Source: the human T2T-CHM13v2.0 reference genome, Homo sapiens. From it: 64,000 nucleotides of DNA. Below are positions 60,735 through 64,000 of this stretch, piece by piece. The stretch lies in assembly GCF_009914755.1 (NCBI RefSeq), contig NC_060930.1; one strand, given 5' to 3'. The notes beneath the pieces are model-generated. The model had not been told where the DNA came from. It made no database searches and saw only the letters and a list, made by a program, of their open reading frames with translations. The translations under genes and the position numbers were made by a program. Every line of letters begins with the position of its first letter. Within the stretch, counting starts at the first letter, position 1.

Positions 60735-61460
60735 GTTCATTTAGTCATTCAGAAAGTATTTATCGAGTGACCGTATGCCAGGAAATGTAAGTCCTTCTTT
60801 GTAGCAGTGAACAAAAGTGACAAAAATCCCTGCTTTCCTGAAGCATAGTCAGAAGAGACTAATAATAAATCAACACATATTTTAATAGTGTTGATAAAAC
60901 AATGGAAAAAAAACCAAACAAGAGAGGGGGATAGGGAGATTTGGTGGGTTTGCCATTTAAAATAAGATGATGAGACATATGGAGATTAGGGGCAACAGTC
61001 ATCCAAATGAGGGAATAGAAATGGCGAGTTCAACAAGCAGGGAGGTGACTCCTGTGGTTGGTGTGTAGCGAGTAGGAGGGTCAGAGGGTAGTGAGGGGAG
61101 AAGGCAACACTGTGCAGGACTTTTGGTACTGTAAGGATTTTGGCTTTTATTCTGAGATGGAAAGGCACTGGAAGCTTTTGAGCAGAGTGAACTCATGATC
61201 AGACCTATGTTTCAAAAAACAAATTGTTGAGTAAAGACTGAAAAGGGGAAAGAGTAGCAGCAGAGAGGCCAGCCAGTAGGTGGAGTGGATAGGGTGGCAG
61301 TGGGGAAGGTGGCTGGATTTCAGATAGGTTTCAAAGGTAGAGTTGAAAAGGTCTGCTGACAGGTTAGATGTAGGTTGAGGTTTTCTAATTACATTTCTAT
61401 TAGATTAGGAAAGCAGAGTCAGTAATGACTGCAAAGTTTTGGTCCTGAGCAACTGGAGGT
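60735..61460 (-). mobile_element. L2 LINE fragment
   Basis: TTCATTTAGTCATTCAGAAAGTATTTATCGAG...TTTGGCTTTTATTCTGAG...TTTTGGTCCTGAGCAACTGGAGG. Confidence 0.7.
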
Positions 61461-63936
61461 ATGTGTGGAGCATATGCTTGGGAAGTGACGTGTAATTTTC
61501 TAAGGCTATTGGATTAAATGGCGAGAAGGGGCAGTCAAAATTAGGGGGAGGGGGTCAATCTTGTATATTTGGACTTTGTTGTGTTGTTTGTATGTGTAAA
61601 GGGAAGAGAAGACAGATGATTTTTGGTGACTGAATATCCCACCACCGTATCCTCTTCCCATCAAAGCTAGCAGTGGAATTTTTAAGTATGAGAAGGGCTT
61701 CTAATTCACGTCAAGGAAATAGGTAGACTCCCTCTTTAAATTTTCTTATTATTGGGGCTGAAGGATCCCCACACTTAAAAGTCTCCTGTGTTTTGGTGTC
61801 AGGGGTTGTGGGGATGTGACGGTTGTTTATGAAAGTTGAATTCCAGTTGTTTCTAAATGTAACAAGAAAGAGGAAGGCCTGTCAGCAAGGGAATCGGAAT
61901 CCACCTTGACTTGAATAAGATTAAGGACAACCCAAGTATTTTGGGAAATGTGTGAGGAGTTTTAGTTTTCAGCTTGATAGTGGTAATGGTGGGGATGAGG
62001 GCCAATACATATATTTGTATGTGTTCAGGAATGGTGGTTGCAGGGGAGAACGTTGAAAGGAAACAAGCTGATTCTTACCAATTCCTGTCTGCTCTATCAT
62101 CACTCTTCTTCAATGCAGGTGGTAACACTGGATCTTTGCTGAACGAAGCCTGTAGAATTACTTTCTTCATTCACTGCCTCTCCTTTCTTACTGCCCACTC
62201 TGGTCCTTACCTCCTGAAATCTCAGCTTTCTCTCTTCCTATTTAGCTAAACTTACTCTCTTAACAATCATTCATGATCCACCGCTCCCAAAGTCAGGACC
62301 CTTGACTTGGTTCTCACTTCCCTGACCTCTTGTCAGTATTTAGTACCCATCACCTACCACAGGCATGGACGCATGTCCTGCCAGGCTCCTGGCTGTCTCC
62401 TCTCTGCACTGGCTGTCTGTTCCACTCTCAGAATGTTCTTCGTCATAACCTTCTCTGGTCCTTCCTGATTCCTTACTGCAGTTAGGTTTTGAATGTTGCT
62501 TCCTTGGCTTTTCTTGCTACACTTCCTTGCTTGGTCATATCATCTCTACATCTAGGCCAGATTTTCATAAAGAAAACTCCCACATAGCCAAACCCTAACC
62601 TTTGGTGACTTGCCAAGAAATTCCATTGTATTCACATAAGAGTTATGGTCTTTACTCTCTAATTCACAGTCACTTCACAGACTTTCCCCTTCTTCTTGCC
62701 TATTGATCCCTTTCATGTCTCTGAGAATGCATACGTAGCCACTCCAGGCTGGGTAGCTCCAAACTTTGCTAATGCCATTCTACCTGGAATGTCCTCTTTC
62801 GTCTGTGCCTTCCCGATACTAAGCATCTTAAAAACAGCCTAAATGTCGCTTCATGATTTTTCTAAGTAATATTTTACCTCTGAACTCCCATAGCATTTCC
62901 CCCCATCACTAGTATTAGTGCAATTTTTTTATTATAATTATGACATCTTGTCAACCCCAGGCTACCCTTTGTGAAGGCAGGATATGTTTCTGATTCATGT
63001 GGGTATCAGAATACTCAACACAGTGCCTACAACAAATCCTTGACTGGAACTTCAATTATTTTGAGTTGATAAACTCCAGAGAAATATGAAATGACCTGCC
63101 ATGAAAACAGAGTTGTATAGTGTGATAGCCAGCCCAGAGGTGCATGTTCTGAGATAAGTGGGCTGTGGTGTGGGTACATCAGTTAAGAAAGCACTTTATA
63201 ATACAGCCCTGAAACCTTTTTATCACAATATTTCTCTTCACGAAAACAAAACCATCCAAGACACTTTAGAACAAATGCATTCTCTCAATAATCAGCATTT
63301 GGAATTATTTTAAACACTGGGAAAATTCTTGGCCACTAAAAAAGTTATAAGAAGTGAATGACTTGCAGATATGTAAATAGTAGTACTAATCTGAATATGT
63401 TGGCATATATTCTAAGACACATTTAACACTACAATTTTTGTTGAGTAATGAGTGTGGATAAAGTTGTAGATAGTGTCGGTCACTCATTGGAATAAGATTA
63501 ACTTAAATTTGTCACATTATTTCTCTTCTCTCTAAAGGGGACAACAGAAATACTTTCTTATTGTTCCTATGTCCTGTGTCGTATGTCCAGTGAAGGAGAC
63601 TCCCCAAGTTGGCTTGCTTGCTAACAAAAAGGAATGATGTTGGTAAACATGGAATCAGTGAGATTGTTACTCCTCAGGTTCCTGTATGGACTGGTGATTG
63701 TTATCTATATATAATCTCCATTTTCTTTTAATTCTACTAAAACAGTGGTTAAGATATAAATTCCAATTAGGTAATAAACTTTGCCAAAGAAAAAACAGAG
63801 AGAACTCTTTATATGAAGTAAATTTCTCAGACTAGAGTAATTGGGACACCTCATTCTCACTATACTTGGTTTGCTCACAATAGTTATTTCGATTTAATTT
63901 TTGGGAAGTGAATAACTGGTTCCCCTGCAACCTACA

Positions 63937-63959
63937 TTTATTTCTTCTTCTTTTTTATT
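63937..63959 (-). terminator. Two AATAAA signals on the minus strand; possibly the distal poly(A) site of the upstream neighbour ASCC3
   Basis: TTTATT at 63937-63942 and 63954-63959. From memory of the locus, ASCC3 is on the same strand and ends roughly 43 kb upstream of the SIM1 TSS; the sequence alone cannot prove this. Confidence 0.3.
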
Positions 63960-64000
63960 TAAGCATGGAAAAGGATATATACAAGCAATACATTCCAATT

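Overview
Primate (almost certainly human, chr6q16.3) genomic DNA containing the 5' part of SIM1 (single-minded homolog 1, a bHLH-PAS transcription factor) on the minus strand. Eight coding exons were mapped by hand between 19217 and 3028 (175+83+90+109+86+200+107+148 = 998 nt, all GT-AG, one continuous frame). They encode bHLH, PAS-A and PAS-B/PAC; the remaining exons lie beyond the left edge. A TATA/CCAAT/GC-box promoter sits at about 20640-20800, followed by a probable non-coding first exon and a long 5'UTR rich in upstream ATGs. From about 2.3 to 25.5 kb the DNA is a chain of CpG islands with no Alu or L1 elements, as expected for a Polycomb-regulated developmental locus. From about 25.5 to 64 kb it is intergenic DNA dense in repeats (Alu, L1, L2, MIR, MaLR LTRs, hAT elements), including a clear twin-priming inverted L1PA. 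I find no evidence for a new multi-gene system. The most interesting candidates are post-transcriptional features of SIM1: an intron with two overlapping GT-AG registers that give the same mRNA, a triple in-frame tandem donor, about 10 upstream ATGs including an ORF overlapping the start codon, and a possible truncated bHLH-PAS-only isoform. Repeat subfamily names come from recognising consensus sequences by eye and need RepeatMasker/Dfam confirmation.
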